From Octopus vulgaris (lineage: Eukaryota), in assembly GCA_951406725.2 (NCBI GenBank), contig OX597814.1, positions 79,484,001 to 79,548,000 of the forward strand: a DNA stretch of 64,000 nucleotides. The letters are read 5' to 3'. Within the stretch, counting starts at the first letter, position 1. Each line of letters starts with the position of its first letter. The position numbers and the translations under genes were made by a program. Below the pieces are notes generated by a model. It searched no databases, was not told where the DNA came from, and saw nothing but the letters and a program-made list of their open reading frames with translations. Shown piece by piece: positions 41,905 through 55,573 of the stretch.

Positions 41905-42123
41905 AATTATGGTTTCAAATTTTAGCACAAGGCCAACAACTTCGCGGAAGGAAAATGTCGATTACATCGACCCCAGTGTTCAATTGGTATTTATTTTATC
42001 CGTCTTGAAAGGACGAAAAGCTGAATTAATCTCAGTGGAACTTGAACCCTCACCGTAAAGGCTGACGAAATGCAGCTAAGCATTTTGCCCGGCGTGTTTA
42101 CGATATTGGCGGTTCGCCACCTT
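41905..42123 (-). mobile_element. tRNA-derived SINE (family A)
   Basis: Reverse-complement match to the 30574 copy. Confidence 0.8.
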
Positions 42124-43032
42124 AAGTCATAGAATGATAATAATGATCCTGCTTGAAACATCAAGGCTCAGCTCTTTTTACGCTATACAAACACATTTTA
42201 AGAATTCCTTTCTCTGTTTCTTAGGTTTTCAAACTCTAGATAAGTGCTGCAGCCAGTTTAAAAATGAATTTTGGACTTAAAGTTTATCTTAAAGTTAAAA
42301 CGAATTAATATCATCGCTGCAACCATCATGATAAAAGTAACAATTCTTTACACAGCTGTAATATTCAATTTTCTTAGAGTGTTATTGAGAAGATGCGAAA
42401 CATATATGCAATAACAAACGAGATTAGTTGGTGAGAGAAAGTGTAGCGGTCAACCTGCTAAGGGAAACAGATTTCAAGCACAATTCGACGTTAACTTTTT
42501 TCAAGCAAATGATGCAACCACATGGATGCTTCCTTTGTTATTATGGATCGATAGATCAATAAAGGCACTCATGTCTTGACCATTTCACTTTTTAGGCTTA
42601 TTTGGGATTGCGTTATTCAATAAAACAAAAGAGTCCAATTTGAAGGAGATTTCTGATAAAGGCATCATGTTGAGATTCTTTCATGGTGAAATGAAATGGT
42701 ATAATATTCATGAATATTTTAGATGGTCGGCTATGGAAGTGAAGCGAATAAATAAGAAAAATGTAAACAAGTCACAGAATTGGTTTGTCGGATAGTTGTC
42801 TCTTCAATACGTAGTTAAGTAATAAAATCAGTAAAAGAATAAAATAAAAACAAAAAGTAAAAAATATCATCTCCGCTATTTTCGGTGGAAGATGATCGTT
42901 TATTCAATCAGCTGAATTATCTGTTCATCGAATTAACGCTATGGAATAATCACTGTGATACACGATAAGACAGCAGAAACTTTTAAGGAACACTATAAAT
43001 GAGTTCCTATCTTCTGAATTTCACTCACATCA

Positions 43033-43258
43033 TTTTACGCTTTAGCCTTTAAATCGACCATATCAAGCCAAAATAGTTTACATGCTTTATGTTCAAACTG
43101 GCCAGATCCAGCCTCTCACTTCTACCATACAATGTCATTCGAAAAGTGAACAATCACATTGAAATATCAAGGATACAAGATAGTGCATGACTAATTGAAA
43201 CCAATGTGGATAAAGAAGCATTACATTTGACAGAGTAATCTGAATGTTAAAGGCTTAA
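43033..43258. mobile_element. decayed MITE, piggyBac-like termini
   Basis: Degenerate termini ttttacgctttagcctt ... aatgttaaaggcttaa, resembling TTAA-CCCTTTAGCA ends. Confidence 0.45.
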
Positions 43259-43589
43259 ATGTCACTCTCCACGATAGCAAAATGCACTTATTTAGAACAC
43301 TGAGATTTAAGATCGAAATTGGCACCTCATAATTACTGAGAGAGCTACTTTACTATGCGACATATGAGCGTTTAAGGCAATGATTTTAGAAAAAAGTGTA
43401 AGAGTAAAAGAAGCTGCATCTATTTGCGATGTATAGGTGAATGTAATTGGAGTCCAAGGATAGATTTTGCTATGAAGTCATAATGGAGACGCTGATGAAT
43501 TTGATTTTACTTGGGATTGGACAAATGTGTCTGTTGATCCTTTTATTGTTCTGTTTCTTCCATTCAAATACATTTACTTTATATATCGC

Positions 43590-43960
43590 TTTATCTTCGT
43601 ATTTGTTTCAGTTCTGGGACATTGCCTCGAATTTTTAGTCGGATGAATGGGCCCCAGAACATATTTTATAAGCCTTGTACGTATTCTATTGCTTTCTGTT
43701 ACCGAACCGCTAGATTACGGGGACCAAAACACGCCAACACCGATTGTCAATCGGTGGTGGGGGCCAAACACAGATACAACGACAAACACACAAGTGTATA
43801 TACAAATACGACAGGCCTCTTTCAGTTTCCGTCTGCCAAATCCACTCACAAGGCTTTGGTCTACTCGAGGCTATAGTAGATGACACTTACCCAAGGAGCC
43901 ACACAGTTGGACGGAACCTGGAACAATGTGGTTAGGAAGCAAGCATCTTACTACACAGCC
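43590..43960. mobile_element. composite SINE region ending in a minus-strand family B SINE
   Basis: Same arrangement as 47195-47610 (ccgaaccgc..attacgggga.. then ccaaatccactcacaaggctttgg...cccaagg.gccac). Confidence 0.7.
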
Positions 43961-43987
43961 ATATATATATATATATATATATATACT

Positions 43988-44552
43988 TTCAACAATATAA
44001 GGAATGGCTATAATAGGACATTCGACTCACTAGAAAGAGCAGCCAAACTCAAACCGCTAATAGTTGTAATTCTGAAACTGAAAGAGAAAAATAAAAGCGT
44101 TTACCCCTTTCATCTCTGGACTATGCATAGTTTCGGAAAACTTTGGTAAACAAATTAATTAAATTAAATTAAATTAATTTACAACTGGCGTGCCTCGTCA
44201 GCAGATAAGCCAAGGACGAGTATATCTCTACGAGGCGATGGTAGGGAAGCCTCAAGTCTATATGTTCTAAATTTTCAAAATTTACCGCAATCGCGCGGTC
44301 TTCTCAGCAGCAAATATAAACTTCTGATTTAATTTCAAAATTAGCCAAAAATCATTAATTAATAAATATAAGGGTAGCAAAAAATTCTAGAAAATATTCT
44401 CCGCTACCAGCGGTCTGCGAGAAAAGAAAAGATAGTCAAAGACTATATAATATACATTCAACAATATAAGGAATGGCCATAATAGGACATTCGACTCACT
44501 AGAAAGAGCAGCCAAACTCAAACCGCTAATAGTTGTAATTCTGAAACTGAAA
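43988..44552 (-). mobile_element. 469-bp unit with 96-bp direct terminal repeats between (TA)n tracts; non-autonomous Penelope-like/retrozyme candidate
   Basis: 43988-44083 equals 44457-44552 with one mismatch. Contains a hammerhead motif and no ORF. Confidence 0.75.
44115..44205 (-). ncRNA. type I hammerhead ribozyme with palindromic stem III
   Basis: ucug-CUGACGA-gg...(AU-rich insert)...cc-GAAA-CUAUGCAUAG-UC-caga. Complete core, GUC triplet, 12-nt palindrome ACUAUGCAUAGU. Confidence 0.75.
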
Positions 44553-44570
44553 TTGTTAGTCATATATATG

Positions 44571-44692
<122 letters not shown>

Positions 44693-45231
44693 TATATATG
44701 ACTAACAATTTTGTTATCTTTTGTACATGTTTCCTAATACATGGCGGTGTTCAACTTTTTTCTTTCTTATTTTAGCATTTTCTTATTAATTTTCACCGTT
44801 AGTTCGAAACAAAATTTCTGAAATCATATACGCTATTTCCAGACTTTCACAATCTCATTTTCCAAATTTTGATATACTTGGGGTTTGTGTTATTTCTTAT
44901 GACTACTTAAGTTTATGTAACCTTTTCAATCTAAAAAAAAACAACTACAGTATAATCAGTTCATGAGAATGAAGCTATGGAAATGGGGAAACGTCCAAAA
45001 TGAATTTACTAACATGTTTTTTGATTGCAAAAACAAAAAAAAATATGAGAAAATATGAAAATGCTAAAATATAAATGACAAAACTTGTGTACAATCACGT
45101 ATCTGATGAAGCACACACACACACACAATACACATATCAATTAAAAGGTTAACCGGTTAAATACAATCCAACTATGTGTTCAGTGCTACTACTGTTCGTT
45201 GTTCATATATAAATATACATATATATATATA

Positions 45232-46045
45232 TCTTATAATACTAAAACTCTAGATGTTTGTTTGTTCCCGAAATATCTCAGAAATAGTATATTTTATTTT
45301 AATTTTTTTACATATATATTTTCATAATTACTTTATTCAGTGCAGAATGAATTTTTGCGATATTTGGACCTCTCTTTATTAATGAAAACGATTAAACATA
45401 ATTTTTATTTGTTATTTCTTGACGAAAACAAAACATGGCTTCCGTGATGTCAACACACATACACAAGTCCAGAATACACACATATAATGAATGTATTGGC
45501 GTGTGAATCAACACAAACACATGTACACTATCAGTGACATATTACACACAAATAAGCTTCGCGCGCTCTCTCTCTACCACTCTCAAAAAAAACCCTCGAC
45601 CTTTTGACGTACACAATATTTTAATCATTTAGAAAAGATTTTAGTAAATGTGATTTCAAAAATGTAAGTTGTTTGTACAGTAAGTATACATATTTTAGCG
45701 TTATTTAAAGACAATATTTAAAAAAAAATTATTTTCAAGTGAATACCATTACAAATTTTTTTGGCATATTTAAAAAATATTTTAAAGTAAAAGTACGGTA
45801 AATATTTCGTAAATGATCTGTTCGTAACCTCGGTGTGAAATACCTGTTACGAGGTAGCATAGCGTGCAAGAAATAGTAGCTAAGTCTGTCCTCTGGGGAA
45901 AGCAAACGTTTACGCGTGATTTCGATGTCACATTCGTTGAAAGCTTGCGAAATAACCTGGAAAATAAAAAATAACTCACGAAACAAAACTCCCTTGCTGG
46001 GAAACTCACACTTTCCAGGTGACCCAACGGGTCTGGGTAGTCTAG
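45232..46045 (+). mobile_element. non-autonomous Helitron
   Basis: A|TCTTATAATACTAAAA start, gaccc-aac-gggtc hairpin at 46021-46033, CTAG|T end. Confidence 0.8.
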
Positions 46046-46382
46046 TAACAAATTAATATGGTGGCTTCTCACTTTGTCAGTGATTAAGTATAGTGTTTAG
46101 AGGCTTCGAATTAAATTTTATTTTATTTACTCTTATTTTACCATAGCCGGTGTTTGTCAGCATCCTCCGTCACTTTTGTGACCTCTGTTAATTTTACACA
46201 CATACATACGTAACAAAACTGTTTTGCTCTACAATAATTCTGCAAATAATATTTCTAGAATATTACGGCACCTATACAACAACAGAAATACATATTGGAT
46301 TGTGAAACAACTCCGATTTTACCCTACATACTAAGTACTAACATGATGTGTGTGTGTTTCTGTATGTGTGTATGTGAATATA

Positions 46383-46427
<45 letters not shown>

Positions 46428-46471
46428 GTGTGTGTATGAGTATGTGTGTGTGTATACCATACTCTCACACC

Positions 46472-46523
46472 GCCTCCGAGGAAGAGATATAATTAACAAA
46501 TATCCTGGAAACAGCTGTAAGAC
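46472..46523 (+). ncRNA. decayed type I hammerhead motif
   Basis: gccu-CCGAGGA-agagauau..auauccug-GAAA-CAGCUG-UA-agac. Palindromic stem III, U4>C core substitution and one stem I mismatch. Confidence 0.55.
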
Positions 46524-46609
46524 TATCTATAAACGTTCTAATATCTATACAGCCTTGGTTTTTTTTTTATCTCATTAAGCAAAAAATTCTTATATATGTG
46601 TATATAATA

Positions 46610-46645
<36 letters not shown>

Positions 46646-46690
46646 AGCATATATATATACACATATATATATATATACATATATATATAT

Positions 46691-46736
<46 letters not shown>

Positions 46737-46738
<2 letters not shown>

Positions 46739-47033
46739 CGTAACTGTCCAGGCTGTCAGATGTTACTACACATCGCTGGTCACAGTGCGCTTTGCATTGT
46801 TTTAGCCTTCAGATGACGCCACCCTGCTGGCTAAGCGAGCAGGCCAACAGAAGAAAGAGTGAGAGAAAGTTGTGGCGAAAGAGTACAGCAGGGTTCGCCA
46901 CCACCTCCTGCTGGAGCCTCGAGGAGCTTTAGGTGTTTTCGCTCAATAAACACTCATAACGTCCGGTCTGGGAATCGAAACCGCGATCCTAAGACCGCGA
47001 GTCCGCTGCCCTAACCACTGGGCCATTGCGCCT

Positions 47034-47035
<2 letters not shown>
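46737..47035 (-). mobile_element. tRNA-derived SINE (family D), young copy inserted in (TA)n
   Basis: Minus strand ggcgcaatggcccagtggttagggcagcggactcgcggtcttaggatcgcggtttcgattccc, a tRNA-like head with A and B boxes followed by a non-tRNA body. Confidence 0.85.
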
Positions 47036-47125
<90 letters not shown>

Positions 47126-47373
47126 TTTATATATATATATATATATATATGCATTTATATATATATATGTAAACATATAAGTACGTATTCTTTTATTCTT
47201 TTACTTGTTTCTGTCATTAGACCGCGGCCAAGCTGGAGCACTATATTCAAGAATCGCCCCAGTACTTTCATTTGTCTTATAAAAGCCTGGAACTTATTCT
47301 ATCGGTCTCTGTTGCCGAACCGCAATATTACGGGGACATAAACACACCAATAAGAGACAAGCACAGACACACA

Positions 47374-47439
<66 letters not shown>

Positions 47440-47445
<6 letters not shown>

Positions 47446-47608
47446 CGACGGGCTTTTTTCAGTATCGGTCTACCAAATCCATTCACAAGGCTTTGGAGTG
47501 TCCGAGGCTAGAGTAGAAGACATTTGCCCAAGGTGCCACGCAGCGAAACTGAACCCAGAACCATGTGGTTTGGAACTAAGCTTCTTACCACATAGTCACG
47601 ATGCCTGC

Positions 47609-47610
<2 letters not shown>
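47440..47610 (-). mobile_element. tRNA-derived SINE (family B, CORE-like ccttgggcaa)
   Basis: Reverse complement of the family B head and body. Confidence 0.8.
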
Positions 47611-47668
<58 letters not shown>

Positions 47669-47677
47669 TTGTGTGTG

Positions 47678-47708
<31 letters not shown>

Positions 47709-48059
47709 ACATTGACTGAGCGATTGAATTTTTATTGTATTGACATAAGCACAGCTTTGTAGTGGTGTACTACATATGTTTGCTCGGCAAGCACATTGTG
47801 CTAGGTTCGATCCCGCTGAGAGTTCATGTGTGCATTTGTAAACTGATACTGAGTTACGTCTCTTGCTGTCAAACGGTTCGATAAATAAATAAATATCGAT
47901 ACAATGTGTACTATACTTGAATATATATTTGCGTCGATATGCCTTAGCAAGCAGCTGTTCAGAAAACGTACACACACACACACACACGCATTTACAAACA
48001 CAAATACCCACATACCTACTCATCACACGCACATTCATGTAAACAAAGCATACATTCAT

Positions 48060-48091
48060 ATCTATCTATCTATCTATCTATCAATCAATCA

Positions 48092-48181
<90 letters not shown>

Positions 48182-48269
48182 TTATCTATCTACCTACCTA
48201 CCTACCTACCTACATACCTACCTACCTACCTACCTACCTACCTATCTACCTACCTACCTACCTACCTAC

Positions 48270-48315
<46 letters not shown>

Positions 48316-48399
48316 CTGTCTGTCTGTCTGTCTGTCTGTCTATTTATCTACCTACCTACCTACCTACCTACCTACCTACCTACCTACCTACCTACCTAC

Positions 48400-48456
<57 letters not shown>

Positions 48457-48527
48457 AGTCTGTCTAACTATCTATCATCTATCAAGCTTATCTATCTGTC
48501 TTACCCAGAAATCCTGCTGTTTAACTT

Positions 48528-48605
<78 letters not shown>
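48060..48605. repeat. compound (CTAT)/(CTGT)/(CTAC) tetranucleotide microsatellite
   Basis: Direct reading. Confidence 0.95.
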
Positions 48606-49176
48606 AATCTACCGGTCTGTGTGTGCTTGTGTGTGTGTGTGTTGTATGTCTATTGGCCTTGTGCCTATTGCATACAAATGAATTTGGGTGAATCTGTTGG
48701 TCTATGCAGCATGTATAAAAGAATCGAAAGTGTAACATTCAGACTATAGTCTCATTATAGATGGTGTTATAATGACAGCTATTGAATGCATAGCGTGAAG
48801 ATGCCTGCCAATACAAAGCTGGTGCTAGTCAGTGATGCCATCTATATCAATGTCTTCTGCTAAACGGGTTCCCCTTCATTTAATATCAGCTTAGATAATT
48901 AAACTCCCGCATCACTTACTTTCCAGTTACTGATTTCATACTCCGATCTCTCTTTCCTTCTCCTCCCCCCTCCCTGTCTTTCACTACGTGCAATCACTTT
49001 CTATTTCTCTTCATATTTTTCCTCACTGCCCTCCCCTAATCTGATATCTTTTATTTTTCTCTGTCCCCAGTCTCTTTCCCACGATCTCTCACACTCTCAT
49101 TGCCATACTCTCTACTCTTATTTTTGTCACTTAAATTTCTCTCTCACTATATCTCTCTCCCTTCTCTCTGGTTCTT

Positions 49177-49216
<40 letters not shown>

Positions 49217-50389
49217 GCTTCTCTGTCTGTCTTTCTCTTTGTCGGTTTGCCTCTCTGTCAGTCACTCTCTTTGTCAGTTTCTGTCTGACTTCTTTCTTAT
49301 ATACATTTTATATTAATCATTCTGTCTCCCCGCTCTCCGTGTCTTGCCCTCTCTTTGTTCCTCCTCTCTCCCCTATCTCTCTCTTTCTTCGAATTGGTAT
49401 CTTTTCTCCTCGCATAACTTTTTATTCTATTTCACATTCCTCTTTTCCTCTCACTCTTTTCTCTTTACGTATTTTATATTTCTTTCTCTCTTTTACTACT
49501 CCAATTTAAAAGTACCATATTCCACGCTAACCCCTTCCCTCTTAATTGTATTTCTATATTTTAACCATTCTTGAAAACTTTTCTCCCTTTCCTTTGCATG
49601 TCAGTGCTCCATCCCCCTTGTGCGTTCTCTTTCTCTCTCACTCACTCCCCCTCTCTCTCATGTCTTCTATTAATTCTTTATCCTGTTCGTGTCCATACAG
49701 AAACAGAAAAGCGAATGAAATATTACTTTGTGCATGAAAAACTTGGTTAATAACATTTTTGTTTCTTCTGCCAAACTGAGATGCTTTTCGTTTCCAATCT
49801 ATTTGTTAATGCAGTTTAGTTGCAGAGAACTGGACATTAGGGATTGAAAGGTTCCGAGTTCAACTACTGACTTAAAATACTGAAACCATACTTTTATGAT
49901 GCTGAGAAATCCATTACCAGAGTATGTCAGCACTGATGATTTCCAGTAAAATGAAATCACAGGATATGAGAGTCTCGGTGCCCATGACAGACGATTCCCG
50001 TCTATGATCTATATGTGTGCTTTTATGCACCAAGCACGTAAATGAGAGGATCTCTCAAGGTCAATAACTCAGCATTTAGTGTTCTAACAAGCCATCCTTA
50101 TTAAGTTGGATATAAAGATTACTTTTTGGTATTTATACTCCCTCTGTCACGAATGATTAGGTATAAATGTTTAAAAGTAACATCGTTTTATTAGTGGTTA
50201 TTCTTCAAAATAAACCTTGTTCTCTTTGGGTTATTTAAGCATGTTTTCGAACTTGACGATTTTTAAATGTATAATAATTTTTGGGATGAGCACATATGTG
50301 GCTCATTTGTAGAGTGACCATACACATGTTTGCTTTATTCAAACGATAAAAACGGTCTTTGTTGCGGTCGAAGACTTGATTCAATGACG

Positions 50390-50602
50390 TAATATTGGTT
50401 TCAAATTTTGGCCAAAGACCAGCAATTTCAGGGAAGGGGGAGGTCAATTAAATCGACCTCAGTGTTCAACTGGTCCTTACTTTCACAATAGTGAAAGGTA
50501 AAATCGACTCCGGCGGCATTTGAACCCAGAACGTAAAATACGAAGAAATGCCGCGAAGCACTTTTTACCGGCGCTGTAACGCTTCCGCCAGTTCGCCTCC
50601 TT
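50390..50602 (-). mobile_element. tRNA-derived SINE (family A)
   Basis: Reverse-complement match to the 36617 copy. Confidence 0.8.
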
Positions 50603-52387
50603 CAGTGTAATAATTTTAACTAAACAACTTCAATAAAAATTCTATTTTCCAGTTCTGCACAAAATTCTTAATTCTAAATGCCTCATTTCACCTTAGGGAA
50701 AAAATCACATTTGCTAAAATTTAGTTCTGTGTCCCTGAAAAATTCATCTAGACTATTTTTTCCCTCGTTTATTTTGTTTCCAAATTAATGGGTGCTGAAG
50801 ACTATATATTAGCCCTATCAATTAGCAATTAAAATTTGATTCTCAGTTGCAAATATTTCATCATCCTTCTATGGTTACTGACTTTTGAGAAAATAAAATG
50901 CTTAGCTACACAGCATCTTCAGCTAATCTTAGATCTAAGTGCTTTATACAGCCTTGAAGTGCAGCAGCTGCTCTCAGAGCTGTAGACTCTGAAAGCCTAT
51001 CAGCAACACATATACTACAGATGGTTTTAAATATTTATGTAACCGTGAATTACATCACGAATACTGTAAGCAACGTAAATGCATCTATAGTAAATTATGT
51101 TTTGGATGGCGTTCCATATCTTATCACTCTTTGCCATACGTATAATATAAACATTGTGTGTATAACTGATTATATCTTCGATAAATATTGCATGTGAAAC
51201 AGATTTTCTCTCCCGTTGCACATTCAAAGGACTGGAGTTCATGCACTATCAAAGGAAAATGGGTTTCCTGCATGTTGTACTTACTTTCCCCCTGGGATTA
51301 CTTTCTGTATCTGTGAAAAGACGCTGATTTTTCTTTACTTTTTTCCCCAGTCTCCCGCTTTTTGCTTCCATCCTCCATCCACTCTTCGCAATAAGTGTTG
51401 GGTGTCAATGTGGTAGCGAGCAGACATAGACACTCTCTCCGCTTTCTTACTCTTCATATAATGGCTTATCGAGAATATGACAGATAGAGGAAGAAAAGGC
51501 TGCACTAGTAAGCATGTGCTCTAGAGTATACAGATTATCATCTGGGCACTGGTGAATTTACAACTGAGTAGACGGGACCACCTTCCTCAAGGATACAGCG
51601 CGTCATCCAGTCCAGGAATTGAACCCACTATATTACATACGTAGGTCTGATTCTCTAAATACTAGGATACACGTTATACAGTATAGCATAAAATGATAAT
51701 GAAGATAAATTGTGGCAATGATAAGTTTCAATCTCTAGGAAAATTTTCTGTCTCTATTGTAAAAGGCCTAATTCGTGAATCTATTTCGACTAAGTTTATG
51801 TACATTATCAGTCAGTATAGGGTCTGGTAACTACGTATTCGTCTGTACTTTACTGAAGAGGTCTAATAAGACTGCAATATTCTCGGAAATATAACTGAAA
51901 TTTAACAAAAACCAGACTTCACTTCATGGCCACATTCATTTAAAATCAATTTTAATTACAAGTTGTCCCTTCTTGCCTTTACTTATAATTATAGTTAATA
52001 GAAATTATCTTACTTTTCATTGCTGGTTAAATTTTAATTGATAAAATATTTTGGGGAGAGGTGGATTGAATATTCTTAGTATACAGCCTCCACTTATCAC
52101 TATGTTTTCATGCAAAAGTATCCCTGGGAAAACGTCACATTGTCTTTAGATTTCAATGCATCTCTAGTTTGAATAAAACTATAGAATATATTCCATGTAA
52201 GATAGAATAAACTCCATAATAGATGGGTCTCTATCAAGCACACGCTTCTTCTTACATCTTATATAATCAGGCGAATGTAACAGTTAATCGTTACTTAATT
52301 TAATTTATGCTCGGATATCATTTAGCCATAGAATACTTGCAAACCACGGAAGCGAAACAAAAGTGAAATAACGACTACAACAAAATA

Positions 52388-52442
<55 letters not shown>

Positions 52443-52793
52443 TGATATCCCATCCACCATTCTTTCCAGAAATAATCAAAATATTGTTGCGATCAATCAA
52501 TCTAATTTATTGATTAAACGGATCATTTTCATTTTTAACTTTCATCAACAAAGTGACTCAGATATTTGTCGTGTGAGCAAGGGTTAATAACTATATTGTA
52601 CGCTTGAAATTAAACAACAAAACAATAGTAACAAAATAAGCAAAGAAATATTAACAAAAAATATTTAAAAAAAGTTTTGTAATTCTATTAATTTTTTTTT
52701 GTTTTGTTTCTGTTTGGTGTTCAATAATTATTTTTTTATGAATTGTCTTAATATTTTGATGTTATATTTCAACAAAACCCCACCTAGAAAAGC

Positions 52794-53110
<317 letters not shown>

Positions 53111-53272
53111 TAGTAGAGTTTTCCTCCGGCCAGAATCATCAGGAACGTATTAAATAGTTGAAAAGAACAGATACAATGGTACCACAGGCAGCAGGTATCC
53201 AACCTGCTGCGCATGCTAGACTCCAGGAGTTCCAACAAAACCTGAGTTATGATGATGATGATGATGATGATG

Positions 53273-53324
<52 letters not shown>

Positions 53325-53359
53325 CAATAATAATAATAATAACAACAACAACAACAATA

Positions 53360-53765
53360 ATGATTTCTTTTATTTGCCATCAGGGTGAAGGATGAGGGAG
53401 ACGATACAAAAGTAGACATCAAGTGTTTGGGGGGGGGGGCTTAGATATGATGAAATGACAGGAAAAACTCTATATAAATGTATAGAAATTATACACTGTA
53501 CACGATAAGACAGAAAAGGAAAGCATACATGGTATACAATAGTAAAAATAAAGTAAAATAAAAGGGACTGGAGTTGATAGTGATGTTGTCCTCCTGCCGC
53601 AGGAGGACTTCCAGGAATAATCAAAGGACTCATCACTCCAAGATCACTCTGAACACTAAGAGCAAGTGCCGTCTCCACAGGTTTATACTTAGAATGGTAC
53701 CATCCACTCTTGCCATTTTCGCAACTTTCACCCACCTTGTCATAAAATCACTTGAGGACAGCGCC
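53360..53765 (-). mobile_element. 3' end of a LINE (Tx1/L1-like) inserted in (AAT)n
   Basis: Minus strand ALSSSDFMTRWVKVAKMARVDGTILSINL resembles a LINE ORF2 C-terminus. It is followed by a UTR with hairpin gtcctcctg-ccg-caggaggac and an A-rich end. Confidence 0.5.
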
Positions 53766-53793
53766 AATAATAATAATAATAATAATAATAATG

Positions 53794-53879
<86 letters not shown>

Positions 53880-53880
<1 letters not shown>

Positions 53881-54790
53881 TGAGCAACTACTACACGTAA
53901 TACAGCAACACCGAAACATAAATGCTTTTCTCTCTACACATAAAAGCGATAAAATACAAAACTACACTGAAATACTGAATTCAGATGACAAATCAAAAGA
54001 AATGATTAAAGAGGCAAAAACAACATGCAAGCAAAATTTCAAAACATATCAAAGAAGAAATAGAGAGAAAAATCACTCCATAGCCAATACCCTGCAAGGC
54101 TTAACACTGAAGAGAGCCTTAGTGAAAGCCAACAACGGCTCAAAAGCTCAAACACCAGCATAGTGTGACACTTGGCCTTATAATCTGAAGCTGCTCAGTT
54201 CGAGCCAAAGCTGAAAAAATACATTCAGATACGACAGAGTTAGTAGGTATATCCATTGTTAACATTACAACATAAAAACAAAAAATGGTACAAATATGTG
54301 CAAGCAAGCTACATGACAAGGACCGGGTCGAATCATCTGGGATATGTCTGTTCAAGCTAAAAATGAAATGAAAGCGAATCATCCAGACATAATAATCAAG
54401 GACTGGGATTTTAAAAAATAACACGTGCATGCTGATAGACATTGCAGTCTCTTCTGACCAAAATATTGACCCAAAGAGAAACTGTCAAAATACAAATATC
54501 TACGAATTTTAATTATTCAGAATGTAGGGAATAAAGGTGAAAACAATAGCAGTAATAATTGGAGCACTGGGTATGATAACAATCTTATGAATATAATTAT
54601 AGGAGCCTCTATCATCAGGGTAGAAAAGATCTTTTCATTTTAGATCTTAATGCAGAGAAGTTCATCTTTGAACTTTGTTGATTGCTTCCAATACGGCAGC
54701 ATATTGTGATGAACTACATATACTAACATAATGTAGATCTCCAAGGCCCCAGAAGCAGCTGTTGGACTTATGACAACTTCCTCTTCCCCT
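53880..54790 (+). mobile_element. decayed R4/Dong-clade retrotransposon 3' fragment adjacent to (AAT)n
   Basis: EKSLHSQYP, IIWDMSVQAKNEMKANHPDIIIKD, CMLIDIAV, KTIAVIIGALG (RLE domain) across frameshifts. Confidence 0.8.
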
Positions 54791-55128
54791 TTAATTCTCT
54801 CTGTTGCTGGCACTCTGTGTTATTAATATAAATATCTATATATTTATGCTTAAATATTCATCGTCTGAAGTCTCAACTGTTTGCCCTCTCTCGTTTTGCA
54901 TGTATACATATATACGTACATACATACATACATACATACATGCATAAATGCATACATTCATCATGCATACATACATACATACATACATACATACATACAT
55001 ACATACATACATACACTATTATTATGGCTGCCCCCTCGTTATCGAGTATGGCCATTGCACGAAGCTTAACTGTTACTGGTGCTGTGATCGAATGTGACTT
55101 TTTAGCCCAGCCAAAGATCTATAATGTC

Positions 55129-55257
55129 TTGTACAAAATTGGCAACTAAAACCTTTACTGGTAATAGCCGGCTGTAGTTGTAACTGGGCTTCATGTACCT
55201 TTGCATGTCGTTTAAGTCCTCCTGCCGAATTACAGGTTTTAGTTGCCAATTTTGTAC

Positions 55258-55259
<2 letters not shown>
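55129..55259. repeat. perfect 26-bp inverted repeat, 79-bp spacer
   Basis: ttgtacaaaattggcaactaaaacct ... aggttttagttgccaattttgtacaa. Confidence 0.95.
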
Positions 55260-55296
<37 letters not shown>

Positions 55297-55428
55297 GTTT
55301 AAATAAGATAAGATTAATAAGATTAAGATTAAATAAGATTAAGATTAATGTAAAAAATAAATATCACTGAAGCAAAATAACACCAAATATATAGTGCGTG
55401 TGTTTTATAAACTGGCAATATATTATAT

Positions 55429-55475
<47 letters not shown>

Positions 55476-55573
55476 CACATATACATATGTATGTATGTAT
55501 ATATACACGTATATACATATAAATGTATATATAGATACATACATACATGCATATATGTATACACACACACATG

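Noticed and set aside
46970-47035. tRNA gene
   Set aside because: The tRNA-like head lacks a closing acceptor stem and continues into a SINE body.
49932-49962. CTGATGA...GAAA near 49.93 kb (also lone CTGATGA at ~30999, ~33564, ~45103)
   Set aside because: No supporting stems or cleavage triplet.
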